This document shows positions 36,845 to 48,138 of a stretch of 64,000 nt of DNA, piece by piece. Each line of letters begins with the position of its first letter. Positions within the stretch are counted from its first letter, which is position 1. The notes below the pieces were generated by a model, which did no database searches, had not been told where the DNA came from, and saw nothing but the letters and a program-made list of their open reading frames with translations. The DNA is from an uncultured Candidatus Saccharibacteria bacterium (GTDB lineage Bacteria; Patescibacteriota; Minisyncoccia; Phycocordibacterales; UBA12088). The stretch is taken from contig CAZHFF010000003.1 of the NCBI GenBank assembly GCA_964531785.1, positions 26,764 through 90,763 of the forward strand, written 5' to 3'. Made by a program: the position numbers and the translations under genes.

Positions 36845-37429
36845 ATGGCGATAACACCTGCAGATATCAAGGAACTACGCGATCGGACCGGACTCTCGGT
36901 CATGGATTGCAAGAAGGCGCTCGAGGAGACTGACGGCGATCAGGAAAAAGCGCTCATCGTCCTTCGCAAGAAATCAAGCGCGGCCGCTGCGAAAAAGTCG
37001 GACCGGAGCCTCGGTGCAGGCGTCGTCCAGTCGTATATTCATGCGTCGAAGGATGTAGGCGCCCTTGTGTTGCTTTCGTGTGAAACGGACTTCGTTGCGA
37101 AGAACACGGAGTTCCTCGCGCTTGCGTATGACATAGCGATGCATGCGACCGCGACATCTCCCGAGTTCATCAAGCGCGAGGATGTCAAAGAGGCGGACAT
37201 CACCAAGGCGCGTGAGCTGTTCGAGAAGGAAGCGGCGGACAAGCCGGAGAACAAGCGCCTCAGCATCGTGCAGGGTAAGGTGGACAGTTTCCTCAAGGAC
37301 AAGGTGCTCTTGGAGCAGTCATTCGTCAAGGATCCATCGAGGACGATCAAGGACCTCATCGACGGAGCGGTGCAGAAGTTCGGAGAGCGTATCGAGGTCT
37401 CCGAGTGCGTCCGTTTTTCCGTCCGTTAA
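36845..37429 (+). CDS. tsf: elongation factor Ts (short form)
   Basis: IKELRDRTGLSVMDCKKALEETDGD (UBA-like N-terminus). Confidence 0.9.
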   Translation: MAITPADIKELRDRTGLSVMDCKKALEETDGDQEKALIVLRKKSSAAAAKKSDRSLGAGVVQSYIHASKDVGALVLLSCETDFVAKNTEFLALAYDIAMHATATSPEFIKREDVKEADITKARELFEKEAADKPENKRLSIVQGKVDSFLKDKVLLEQSFVKDPSRTIKDLIDGAVQKFGERIEVSECVRFSVR

Positions 37430-37432
37430 TGC

Positions 37433-37759
37433 ATGGAGTACGTGTTCGGCATAGCAGCGACGCTGCTCCTCGGCCTGGTCGGGTTCCGCAAGTTCGAGCA
37501 TGCGCGCGCACACGAGGTGTTCGCTGATCGGCGCGATGCGCTCGATCGCGGCGTGCTTCGGCTCGGACACCTGATCGGCACGGTGGCGGGACGGACGCTC
37601 GACTTCGTTCGGCGCGATGTGCTGGTACGGACGTTGCACCTCATGACGTACCTCGTGCTGCTGTTCGTCCGATGGCTCGAACGCCGGCTCGTGAGAACAG
37701 CAGCGTTCTTTAGAAGGACCGCCCGGAACAAGCGGGTTCGCGAGGATGCGGACGCATAA
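37433..37759 (+). CDS. hypothetical small membrane protein
   Basis: Begins 4 nt after the tsf stop and has an N-terminal hydrophobic helix. Confidence 0.4.
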   Translation: MEYVFGIAATLLLGLVGFRKFEHARAHEVFADRRDALDRGVLRLGHLIGTVAGRTLDFVRRDVLVRTLHLMTYLVLLFVRWLERRLVRTAAFFRRTARNKRVREDADA

Positions 37760-37941
37760 GTGAAGCGCTTTGCACGGCGTGCAGGCAGTGCACTATTCTT
37801 TCGCCACGTGTGAGCGGGTACGGTATGATGTCGTTGGTAGAGAGCAGATACAACGGCGCGCTCGTTCGAACCGTGTCGAGGCAGCGCTCTAGCGAACCCA
37901 GGCATTTTGAGTCCCTGACGTACCTGTCGGAGCCTCAAGAC

Positions 37942-38014
37942 GCCGGAGTAGCTCAGATGGTAGAGCGGCGCTTTTGTAAAGCGTTGGTCGGAGGTTCGAG
38001 TCCTCTCTCCGGCT
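37942..38014 (+). tRNA. tRNA-Thr (anticodon UGU), no encoded CCA
   Basis: Acceptor GCCGGAG/CTCCGGC, D-arm AGCTCAGATGGTAGAGC, anticodon arm GCGCT-TTTGTAA-AGCGT and T-arm GGAGGTTCGAGTCCTCT. Confidence 0.85.
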
Positions 38015-38015
38015 C

Positions 38016-39572
38016 ATGAAAGAAGGGTATGCACAGACGTCGTATTTTCAGGTAGCGCACGCGCGTGATCTTTCAGGACGGGACTACGTGGTGTACCGTG
38101 CGCTCGAGATCATTCCCGGAGCGCTCTCGTTCGGCACGCTCGCCCTGGTCGTCGTGCTCTCGTTCGCAGCACCGACCTCGGCCGCGTACTTCATCATTGC
38201 GTTCGACCTATACTGGCTCCTCAAGACCATATACCTGGGCGTACACCAGCGTCACAACTGGCGCAGGCTCAAGCACAACATGAAGGTCAATTGGCGCGAG
38301 AAGATCGCTACGCTCAAGTATGAACACCTCTACCACATGGTGATCATGCCGTTCTACAAAGAAGGGGAAGAGATCGTCGATCAGGCACTTGCCGCGCTCG
38401 AGGTTGCGGAGTACGACCGAAAGCGGATCATTCTGGTCCTTGCGGCCGAAGAACGCGCCGGGGAAGAAGCGCGAGAGATCGGTGTGCGCATGGAAGAGAA
38501 GTACAAGAACACGTTCGGTCACGTGCTTCTCACCACGCATCCCGATGGTCTGCCGGGTGAGATCAGGGGCAAGGGACCGAACATCACCTACGCTGCCGAA
38601 GAGGCACGCACCAAGGTGCTCGATACTCACGCGATACCATATGACGACGTGATCGTTTCCGCGTTCGATATCGACACCGTTGTGCTCCCGCAGTACTTCC
38701 TGTGCCTTTCGTGGCACTTCCTCACGACGGAACGACCACACCATGCGTCGTTCCAACCCGTTCCGGTCTACAACAACAATATCTGGGACGCGCCCGCGGT
38801 TTCTCGGGTCGCGGCATTCTCGAGCACGTTCTGGCAGATGATCCAGCAGGAACGGCCGGAGAAGCTGACCACCTTCTCGAGCCATGCGGTTTCGTTCCGC
38901 GCCCTCTACGAGGTCGGGTACTGGCAGAAGAACATGATCAGTGACGACAGCCGCATATTCTGGAACCTCTACCTGGCGAACAATGGGGATTATCGTTCGA
39001 TACCTATCAGCTATCCGGTGTCCATGGATGCGAACCTCGCGTCCTCTTTGCCGCGCACGCTTGCGAACATCTACCGCCAGCACCTCCGCTGGATGTGGGG
39101 CGTCGAGAACATCCCCTACATGATGTTCGGTTTCATCAAGAACGCGCACATACCGCTCAAGAAGAAGATCCACCACACCTTCGTGCAGCTCGAAGGCTTC
39201 TGGTCGCTCGCCACAAGCCCGCTCATCATCTTGCTCCTCGGGTGGCTGCCGCTCATCCTCGGCGGCGATGCGTTCCGTGAGACCGTGCTCTCCTATAACC
39301 TGCCGTATGTGACCCGTAACCTCATGGTGATCGCGATGCTTGGACTTGTCCTTGCTGCGGTGATCTCGTTCTCGCTCATGCCCGGCCTACCGCCTCACCG
39401 GCGTAAACACCCGCGGCTCACGTACGCGATCGCAGCGCTCCAGTGGCTTTTGGTACCGTTCACGATCATCGTCTTCGGCGCACTCCCCGGGCTCCATGCA
39501 CAGGCCAGGCTCATGTTCGGAAGGTACATCGGTGCGTTCTGGGTGACCCCGAAACACCGGAAGGCACGGTAG
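38016..39572 (+). CDS. membrane-embedded family-2 glycosyltransferase (processive, QxxRW type)
   Basis: N-terminal TM helices, a GT-A core (MPFYKE..., SAFDIDTV), RQHLRWMWG and C-terminal TM helices. The ATG starts 2 nt after the tRNA. Confidence 0.7.
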   Translation: MKEGYAQTSYFQVAHARDLSGRDYVVYRALEIIPGALSFGTLALVVVLSFAAPTSAAYFIIAFDLYWLLKTIYLGVHQRHNWRRLKHNMKVNWREKIATLKYEHLYHMVIMPFYKEGEEIVDQALAALEVAEYDRKRIILVLAAEERAGEEAREIGVRMEEKYKNTFGHVLLTTHPDGLPGEIRGKGPNITYAAEEARTKVLDTHAIPYDDVIVSAFDIDTVVLPQYFLCLSWHFLTTERPHHASFQPVPVYNNNIWDAPAVSRVAAFSSTFWQMIQQERPEKLTTFSSHAVSFRALYEVGYWQKNMISDDSRIFWNLYLANNGDYRSIPISYPVSMDANLASSLPRTLANIYRQHLRWMWGVENIPYMMFGFIKNAHIPLKKKIHHTFVQLEGFWSLATSPLIILLLGWLPLILGGDAFRETVLSYNLPYVTRNLMVIAMLGLVLAAVISFSLMPGLPPHRRKHPRLTYAIAALQWLLVPFTIIVFGALPGLHAQARLMFGRYIGAFWVTPKHRKAR

Positions 39573-39764
39573 AATATATGTAGAATATATAAGGTAGAAA
39601 GCAGAAAGCGTGCAAGGCGCAACTATGGAAACCACACAGAAAACAGTTGACGAGGTAGTGTATCAAGCTACAGCAGAGCGGGAAGCATCACCTGTTTTCA
39701 AGTTGCTGGTTTTCCTTTTTCCTATCCTTTCTACCGTCTACTTTCTTCTTTCAACTTACGTACG

Positions 39765-40745
39765 ATGACCCCACTTTCTCACCGGCTTCGTCTCGGTCTC
39801 CTAGCCACGATGGTGGTCGCGTTCGTGATCGGTGCGCCGCTCCTTATCGGGTACTCACAAGGGTACCGCATCGATGATGCGCTTGGCCTTATTCAGACCG
39901 GCGGTATCTACATACATTCTGACGTCGGGCGCACTAACGTCTTCCTTGAGGGTGAGTTCCTGGAGAGCAGGGGACAGTTCCTGCGCAATACCTTCGTACA
40001 GACGCTCTTCCCGGGAAGGACCTACAGCATACTGGTCGAGCGTGATGGGTACCATAGCTGGATGAAGGACCTGCCGGTGTATCGTAAGGTCGTCACCGAG
40101 GCGCGGGTCATGATGCTGCCGATCGAGTATGTCTGGAGTTCGACGACGGCGACCGCAACGGTGGAAACGCGGTCAGTGCGAGGTGTCATGAGTACGACGA
40201 CGGTTCCGAATCCCGAGTACCAAGAGCTCCAAGTGCTGTTCGCCAACACCAAGGATCAGTTCGCGGTGGAGGTTGCCACCTCGACCACGGTCATGGTGCG
40301 TGGACAGCTGGTTGCCACTACCACGAGCACCGTGGAGCTGGTTTTCCCCGCTTGGGCGGAACGCATCGCGACGTCCAGCGGGTTTGCTGACGGGACGATG
40401 GTGCGTGAGCGTGAGGGTGTGGTAGCCTGGCTCAGGAACGGTGACCTCTATGCGACCTGGGTACGGGATACCGACCGTCCACCGTTCTACTTCTGTATGG
40501 CGACCTGTACGCCAATGCTTAAAATAGACTGGGAGGAGCCTATCGAGCGCTATGCGTTCTTCCCGAATCGGAACGACGTGGTCATTGTTGGTTCCAGCCG
40601 TGGCATATATGCGGTGGAACTCGACGACCGGAGCCAGCGGAACATACAGCCGATACGAGTCGGGCGTGGGCTTTCGTTCCGGATGACCGCCGAGGGCGAG
40701 ATTATCGTCTTCGATGGGGAGGTCTACTGGAAGACCCGATTGTAA
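39765..40745 (+). CDS. PEGA-domain membrane-anchored protein
   Basis: TM helix, then VFLEGEF...PGRTYSILVERDGYHSW (PEGA-like). Confidence 0.55.
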   Translation: MTPLSHRLRLGLLATMVVAFVIGAPLLIGYSQGYRIDDALGLIQTGGIYIHSDVGRTNVFLEGEFLESRGQFLRNTFVQTLFPGRTYSILVERDGYHSWMKDLPVYRKVVTEARVMMLPIEYVWSSTTATATVETRSVRGVMSTTTVPNPEYQELQVLFANTKDQFAVEVATSTTVMVRGQLVATTTSTVELVFPAWAERIATSSGFADGTMVREREGVVAWLRNGDLYATWVRDTDRPPFYFCMATCTPMLKIDWEEPIERYAFFPNRNDVVIVGSSRGIYAVELDDRSQRNIQPIRVGRGLSFRMTAEGEIIVFDGEVYWKTRL

Positions 40746-40767
40746 TGAGCCGGGTCCACGTAGGGGA

Positions 40768-40795
40768 AACCGCGCCTCAAAGGAGAGGCGCGGTT
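40768..40795. terminator. bidirectional terminator hairpin
   Basis: 11-bp stem AACCGCGCCTC/GAGGCGCGGTT between convergent genes. Confidence 0.65.
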
Positions 40796-40799
40796 GTTG

Positions 40800-41036
40800 T
40801 TAGTGGAGCGCGTATGCGGTTACCAGCGTGCCGATAGCCACGGCGGCACCGCCGGTCGCAAACGCGAGCAAGGGCCGGTTCGTAAGTTCGACCAAGATAT
40901 GCGTGGCCGTGAGGCAACTGAGCCCCACGAACACGCCGAGCGCGATCGCGTCCCAGGGACTGATCGCCGCCTCAACAAGCCCGACCGCTGCGATCGCGAG
41001 CGACCCTGCCATGACGACATATCGCTTTTTGAACAT
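40800..41036 (-). CDS. small hydrophobic membrane protein
   Basis: 78 aa with 2-3 TM helices. SD AAAGGAAA lies 6 nt upstream. Confidence 0.45.
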   Translation of the reverse strand: MFKKRYVVMAGSLAIAAVGLVEAAISPWDAIALGVFVGLSCLTATHILVELTNRPLLAFATGGAAVAIGTLVTAYALH

Positions 41037-41050
41037 CGATCGTTTCCTTT

Positions 41051-41359
41051 CTAAAGGGCGCTGCCGTAACAGATCCCGGCCGCGAGGTAGCCGACCCGCG
41101 GCAGAAAGCGGAGCGAGCAGGCCGTGATCCGCATCGTCATAATAGAGAAGGGAAATGGTTCCCAGTAGACGAGCTCCCGGTCCAGATTACGTTCGATCTG
41201 ACTATCCGCGAGGATAGACAGCCCTAGAATCGCGAGCGCAAGAAGCATAACCAATCTCCACGTGGTGCAAACTGCAGATACCATACAGTACCAATGATTG
41301 TATGTCAACTCTGTGCACGTAGCCTTTCCCAACGCTCCAATATTCCGTATACTGCTCAC
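41051..41359 (-). CDS. hypothetical membrane protein
   Basis: Hydrophobic core LVMLLALAILGLSIL. The start is uncertain; 41284 is possible. Confidence 0.35.
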   Translation of the reverse strand: MSSIRNIGALGKATCTELTYNHWYCMVSAVCTTWRLVMLLALAILGLSILADSQIERNLDRELVYWEPFPFSIMTMRITACSLRFLPRVGYLAAGICYGSAL

Positions 41360-41438
41360 ATACGCTGCGTTGCTCAGTTCGTGCGTTCGCGTGGCCTACT
41401 TTTGCCTTCCGATCTCTGCCTTTTGAATTACAGTTCCC

Positions 41439-42131
41439 ATGTCCCTACACCCGCTCTCGACCGCCATATCCCGCATCAACGCCATCTTTTATGACCTTGG
41501 TTTTGAGCTTGCCGACGGGCCGATCATCGAGAGCGAGTGGTACAATTTTGATGCGCTCAATGTGCCACGGGACCACCCCGCACGGGACATGCAGGACACG
41601 TTCTGGGTCAAAGGCAAAGAGGAGACGGTGCTCCGTACCCACACCTCACCCGTGCAGATCCGCTACATGGAGCAGCACGCGCCACCCATACGCATCATTG
41701 CGCCCGGGCGCTGCTACCGGGCCGAAGCGACCGACGCGACGCACGAAGCCCAGTTCTATCAGTTTGAAGGGCTGTACATCGACCAGGACGTTTCGCTCGC
41801 GCACCTCAAGGGTACGCTTGAGCATTTCTTTACGAAGTTCTACGAGCGCAATATCACGGTGCGGTTCAGGCCGGGCTATTTTCCGTTCGTCGAGCCGGGG
41901 GTCGAGGTCGATATGCTTTTCAAAAAAAAGGACGGCACCGAGAAATGGGTCGAGATCATGGGTGCCGGCATGGTACATCCGAACGTACTGCGTGCAGGTG
42001 GCATTGATCCTGATACCTATTCAGGGTTCGCGTTTGGTGTCGGTATCGAGCGCCTGGTCGCGATAGCCGCGGAAGTTGACGACGTGCGCCATTTTCACAC
42101 GGGCGATCTGCGTTTCGTACAGCAATTCTAA
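41439..42131 (+). CDS. pheS: phenylalanine--tRNA ligase alpha subunit (catalytic core only, 230 aa)
   Basis: PRDHPARDMQDTFW, LRTHTSPVQIR and GRCYRAEATDATHEAQFYQFEG. Confidence 0.9.
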   Translation: MSLHPLSTAISRINAIFYDLGFELADGPIIESEWYNFDALNVPRDHPARDMQDTFWVKGKEETVLRTHTSPVQIRYMEQHAPPIRIIAPGRCYRAEATDATHEAQFYQFEGLYIDQDVSLAHLKGTLEHFFTKFYERNITVRFRPGYFPFVEPGVEVDMLFKKKDGTEKWVEIMGAGMVHPNVLRAGGIDPDTYSGFAFGVGIERLVAIAAEVDDVRHFHTGDLRFVQQF

Positions 42132-42132
42132 T

Positions 42133-44034
42133 ATGAAGGTATCGTACCGTTGGCTTCAGACCTATTTCAATGAACCGCTCCCGGAGGCGGAGGCGCTTGC
42201 CGAGCTCCTCACGTTCCATGCGTTCGAGGTCGAGGGTGTCGAGCAGGTCGGCGACGACTCGGTTATCGATATCGATGTCCTTGCGAATCGTTCGAGCGAC
42301 TGCCTTTCGCACCGCGGTATCGCACGAGAACTTGCGACCCTGCTCGGGCGACCGTTCGAGAACGATCCGTTCGACGAGCCGCTTCCGAACTGGCCAGATG
42401 CTCCGCACTTTGAGGCACGGGTCGATGATCATGATCAGTGCACAAGGCACATGGCCGCGATCGTGCGGGGGGTCACGGTGGGGCCTTCGCCCGCATGGCT
42501 CAAGCAAAAGCTCGAAAGCATAGGACAGCGTAGCATCAACAACATCGTGGATGTCACGAATTTCGTCATGCACGATCTTGGTCAACCGGTCCACGTCTTC
42601 GATCTCGACAAGATCGAGATGCACGAAGGCACCCGGGCCATAGCCGTTACGAATGCCGTGCCGGGAGAGGTCGTCTCACTGCTCGGTGGCGAGACACGCA
42701 CGCTGGACGAACGCGACCTTGTGATACGGGATACCGTGAGCGGTTCAGCGCTCGATATCGCGGGCATCAAAGGTGGTACCATTGCCGAGCTCACCGATGC
42801 GACGACCGACATCGTGATCGATTGCGCGAACTTCAACTACATTTCGATACGCAAGACATCGCGCAGGCTCGGTCTGTCGACGGACGCATCTGTGCGTTTC
42901 CAGAATGAACCGTCCGCACACCTGCCCGCGTTTGCGCTGCGTGATACGATCAAGCACATCCTCGACCTTGCGGGCGGCGAACTGCTCGGAGTGTCTGACA
43001 CGTTCCGTGTGCCGGCACGATCCGAGCCGGTCACGGTGAGCCTTTCTGAGATAAACGGTCTCCTGGGGACTGCGCTTACAGTGGCGGAGATCGAGGCGAT
43101 CTTCGTACGTTTCGAGTTCGAGTTCTCCCTGAACGGCGAGGTTTTCACGGTTTCACCGCCATGGGAACGTACGGACCTGCGGATCTCCGCCGACCTTATC
43201 GAAGAGATCGGGCGCGTCTACGGGTACGGGACGCTTGCAGGTGTCCTGCCTGAAAAGACCGAACGGCCTGCGCTCAACAAGCGTTTCTACTATGAAGAGA
43301 AGCTCCGCCACACGCTCGTGGACCTCGGGTATAGCGAAGTGTACACGTACACGCTGCGTGACCGCGGTGACGTTGAGCTCCTGAACCCGCTCGCTTCCGA
43401 CAAAGGTTTTTTGCGCAGCACGCTTGCGCTCGGGGTACGGGAAGCGCTGGAACGGAACACAGTGCAGGCACCCTTGCTCGGGCTCGAGTCAGTGAAGCTC
43501 TTTGAGCTTGGGACCGTGTTCACCAAGGATGGCGAGTACACGGCGCTCGCGCTCGGCATGCGCAGCGGCGGGAAGGCATCGGTGCAAGCGATGCTCGAAC
43601 GCGACATCGAGACGCTCGCCGGTGTGCTCGGCGCGTCCCTTACGGGTACTGTCGAGGACGGGATATATGAGACACCGATCGGTAAGCTCCTACCTACGCT
43701 GCCGGAACCGTCCGGTTACCTGCCTCCGTTGCCATACGACGCCGGAGCGCGGTTCTCGCCGTGGTCGGTGTATCCGTTCGTGTTGCGCGACGTGGCTGTG
43801 TGGGTGCCGGAGGGGGTACCGGCCGCTGAGGTTGCGGCAGTCATCGTGTCGACCGCGTCGGACCTCTTGGTGCGGTACGATCCGTTCGATGAGTTCACGA
43901 AGGACGGCAGAACAAGTCGCGCGTTCCACCTGGTGTTCCAATCATATGACCGCACGCTGAACGACGCTGAGGTAGGGAAGGAGATGGCCGCGATCGAACA
44001 GGCGCTGCGTGACCGTGGGTTCGAAGTGCGCTAG
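42133..44034 (+). CDS. pheT: phenylalanine--tRNA ligase beta subunit
   Basis: MKVSYRWLQTYF... (the typical PheT N-terminus), with B3/4, B5 and C-terminal anticodon-binding-like regions. It starts 2 nt after pheS. Confidence 0.9.
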   Translation: MKVSYRWLQTYFNEPLPEAEALAELLTFHAFEVEGVEQVGDDSVIDIDVLANRSSDCLSHRGIARELATLLGRPFENDPFDEPLPNWPDAPHFEARVDDHDQCTRHMAAIVRGVTVGPSPAWLKQKLESIGQRSINNIVDVTNFVMHDLGQPVHVFDLDKIEMHEGTRAIAVTNAVPGEVVSLLGGETRTLDERDLVIRDTVSGSALDIAGIKGGTIAELTDATTDIVIDCANFNYISIRKTSRRLGLSTDASVRFQNEPSAHLPAFALRDTIKHILDLAGGELLGVSDTFRVPARSEPVTVSLSEINGLLGTALTVAEIEAIFVRFEFEFSLNGEVFTVSPPWERTDLRISADLIEEIGRVYGYGTLAGVLPEKTERPALNKRFYYEEKLRHTLVDLGYSEVYTYTLRDRGDVELLNPLASDKGFLRSTLALGVREALERNTVQAPLLGLESVKLFELGTVFTKDGEYTALALGMRSGGKASVQAMLERDIETLAGVLGASLTGTVEDGIYETPIGKLLPTLPEPSGYLPPLPYDAGARFSPWSVYPFVLRDVAVWVPEGVPAAEVAAVIVSTASDLLVRYDPFDEFTKDGRTSRAFHLVFQSYDRTLNDAEVGKEMAAIEQALRDRGFEVR

Positions 44035-44063
44035 CGTAGCGTCTTTGGAGCATACCGCTAGGC

Positions 44064-44101
44064 AAAAAGAAGCGACGGCGCAGAGAACGTGTGCGCCGTC
44101 G
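44064..44101 (-). terminator. terminator of the minus-strand Nudix pair
   Basis: 10-bp stem CGACGGCGCA/TGCGCCGTCG. On the minus strand it is followed by CTTCTTTTT. Confidence 0.65.
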
Positions 44102-44106
44102 AAGGG

Positions 44107-44532
44107 TTAGGGATACAGGATGGTATGAAGCCACCCCGCATCCCGTGCGAAAATGAGCCGTTCAGCATCATCCGTCTCTTGGATGATCTTGTACAGCTGC
44201 ACCATGCACATGGCGAAAAAATAGTGCGACCGTTCCTTTTGCAGGCACAAGAGATCCGACGGCTCGACCTGGACGTCGAAGATCGGCACCCAGGGTACCG
44301 AACGTAGCTCAAGATCGACCCCCTCGTGCACCAGGTCGATCGCGACCGGCCGTACCCCATAGAGCGTGTAAAGGACTGCCTCGACCCCCTCTGCGCCAGG
44401 TGCGTCTCCGGGCAGCAACGTGCGTGGCAGGCGCAGCCAGTCCTGCTTGCGCGCGAGGAGCACCGTCGACCGGATGTAGAGGTCGTTCGCGCTCCGGAGG
44501 AGCAGGTACGCCCTTCTTTTGGGATTGTGCAT
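44107..44532 (-). CDS. hypothetical protein (possibly a degenerate Nudix-fold paralog)
   Basis: Its ATG overlaps the upstream stop codon (TAATG). No intact Nudix box. Confidence 0.4.
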   Translation of the reverse strand: MHNPKRRAYLLLRSANDLYIRSTVLLARKQDWLRLPRTLLPGDAPGAEGVEAVLYTLYGVRPVAIDLVHEGVDLELRSVPWVPIFDVQVEPSDLLCLQKERSHYFFAMCMVQLYKIIQETDDAERLIFARDAGWLHTILYP

Positions 44533-45035
44533 TAACCGAAGATCTCCTCGTAAAGGTCCGGCGCGGCCCAGGAGAGGAGCTGTTTGTACCAAGGGTGAAA
44601 AGCATGCCGTCGTATTTGGCCGATCGGCACCTCGAGTACGGCTTCGACGTAGTCCGTTTCGTCGGTCTCCGTGTTAAGGGCCACCGGACCCTCGAACGTA
44701 AGCGCGTAGAAGTACATCGGCACAAGCTCCCCACCAAGCCTGACCAATAACTCGTCGTACGCGACCACCTGTGTTGCATGGTCGAGTTGCAGTCCGGTTT
44801 CGTGCCAGAGCTCTCGTCGGAGCGCCTCATGCGGCGTCTCGGGACGCACGACCTTCCCTGTGTCGTTCACGAGGTAGCGGATACGCCCCTTAGGGAAGGC
44901 GCGAGCACCTCCCTCGCATACGACGAGTGGTATGGTGTTGCCAGCGTAGCTATCCTGGATCGTGATCACCATGACCACGAGCCCATTGGCATCGTCACCG
45001 GTGGTGAGGTGATCAGTGCACGTTACAGTTCCCAT
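44532..45035 (-). CDS. Nudix hydrolase
   Basis: Nudix box GKVVRPETPHEALRRELWHETGL. The start at 45035 was chosen because the promoter -10 lies downstream of the ATG at 45089. Confidence 0.7.
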   Translation of the reverse strand: MGTVTCTDHLTTGDDANGLVVMVITIQDSYAGNTIPLVVCEGGARAFPKGRIRYLVNDTGKVVRPETPHEALRRELWHETGLQLDHATQVVAYDELLVRLGGELVPMYFYALTFEGPVALNTETDETDYVEAVLEVPIGQIRRHAFHPWYKQLLSWAAPDLYEEIFG

Positions 45036-45080
45036 CGAACAGTCTCCCAAAATGCGCGGCAAGATCGCCGTCTGGGGGAT

Positions 45081-45108
45081 AGTATACATAATAACGGAAA
45101 AATGTCAA
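45081..45108 (-). promoter_or_regulatory. promoter of the Nudix pair (TTGACA, 16 nt spacer, TATACT)
   Basis: On the minus strand: TTGACA (45108-45103) and TATACT (45086-45081). Confidence 0.55.
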
Positions 45109-45209
45109 TGGTACTGTGCGGCAGCCTTCGCCAGATCGCCGCACGGCGGTACAGCACAAGTACCATGCTCCAAGGGAGCATGGTACTGCATGCCGGGCTG
45201 CTTCTGGCG

Positions 45210-48027
<2,818 letters not shown>

Positions 48028-48138
48028 ACCGCTCTGTTCGACCGATGGCGCTGCTCGCATGTTCGTTCATAGGTCAACGAAAAACGCCCTGATCATACGT
48101 TGTGGTGAGCAGGGCGTTTTCTGTATCCGATCCGATTA

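Noticed and set aside
37835-37905. Possible second tRNA (GTTGGTAGAG ... GTTCGAACC)
   Set aside because: I could not build a 7-bp acceptor stem or a clean T-stem. It is at best a decayed remnant.
37810-38019. 69-aa ORF
   Set aside because: It reads straight through the tRNA-Thr gene, so it is not coding.
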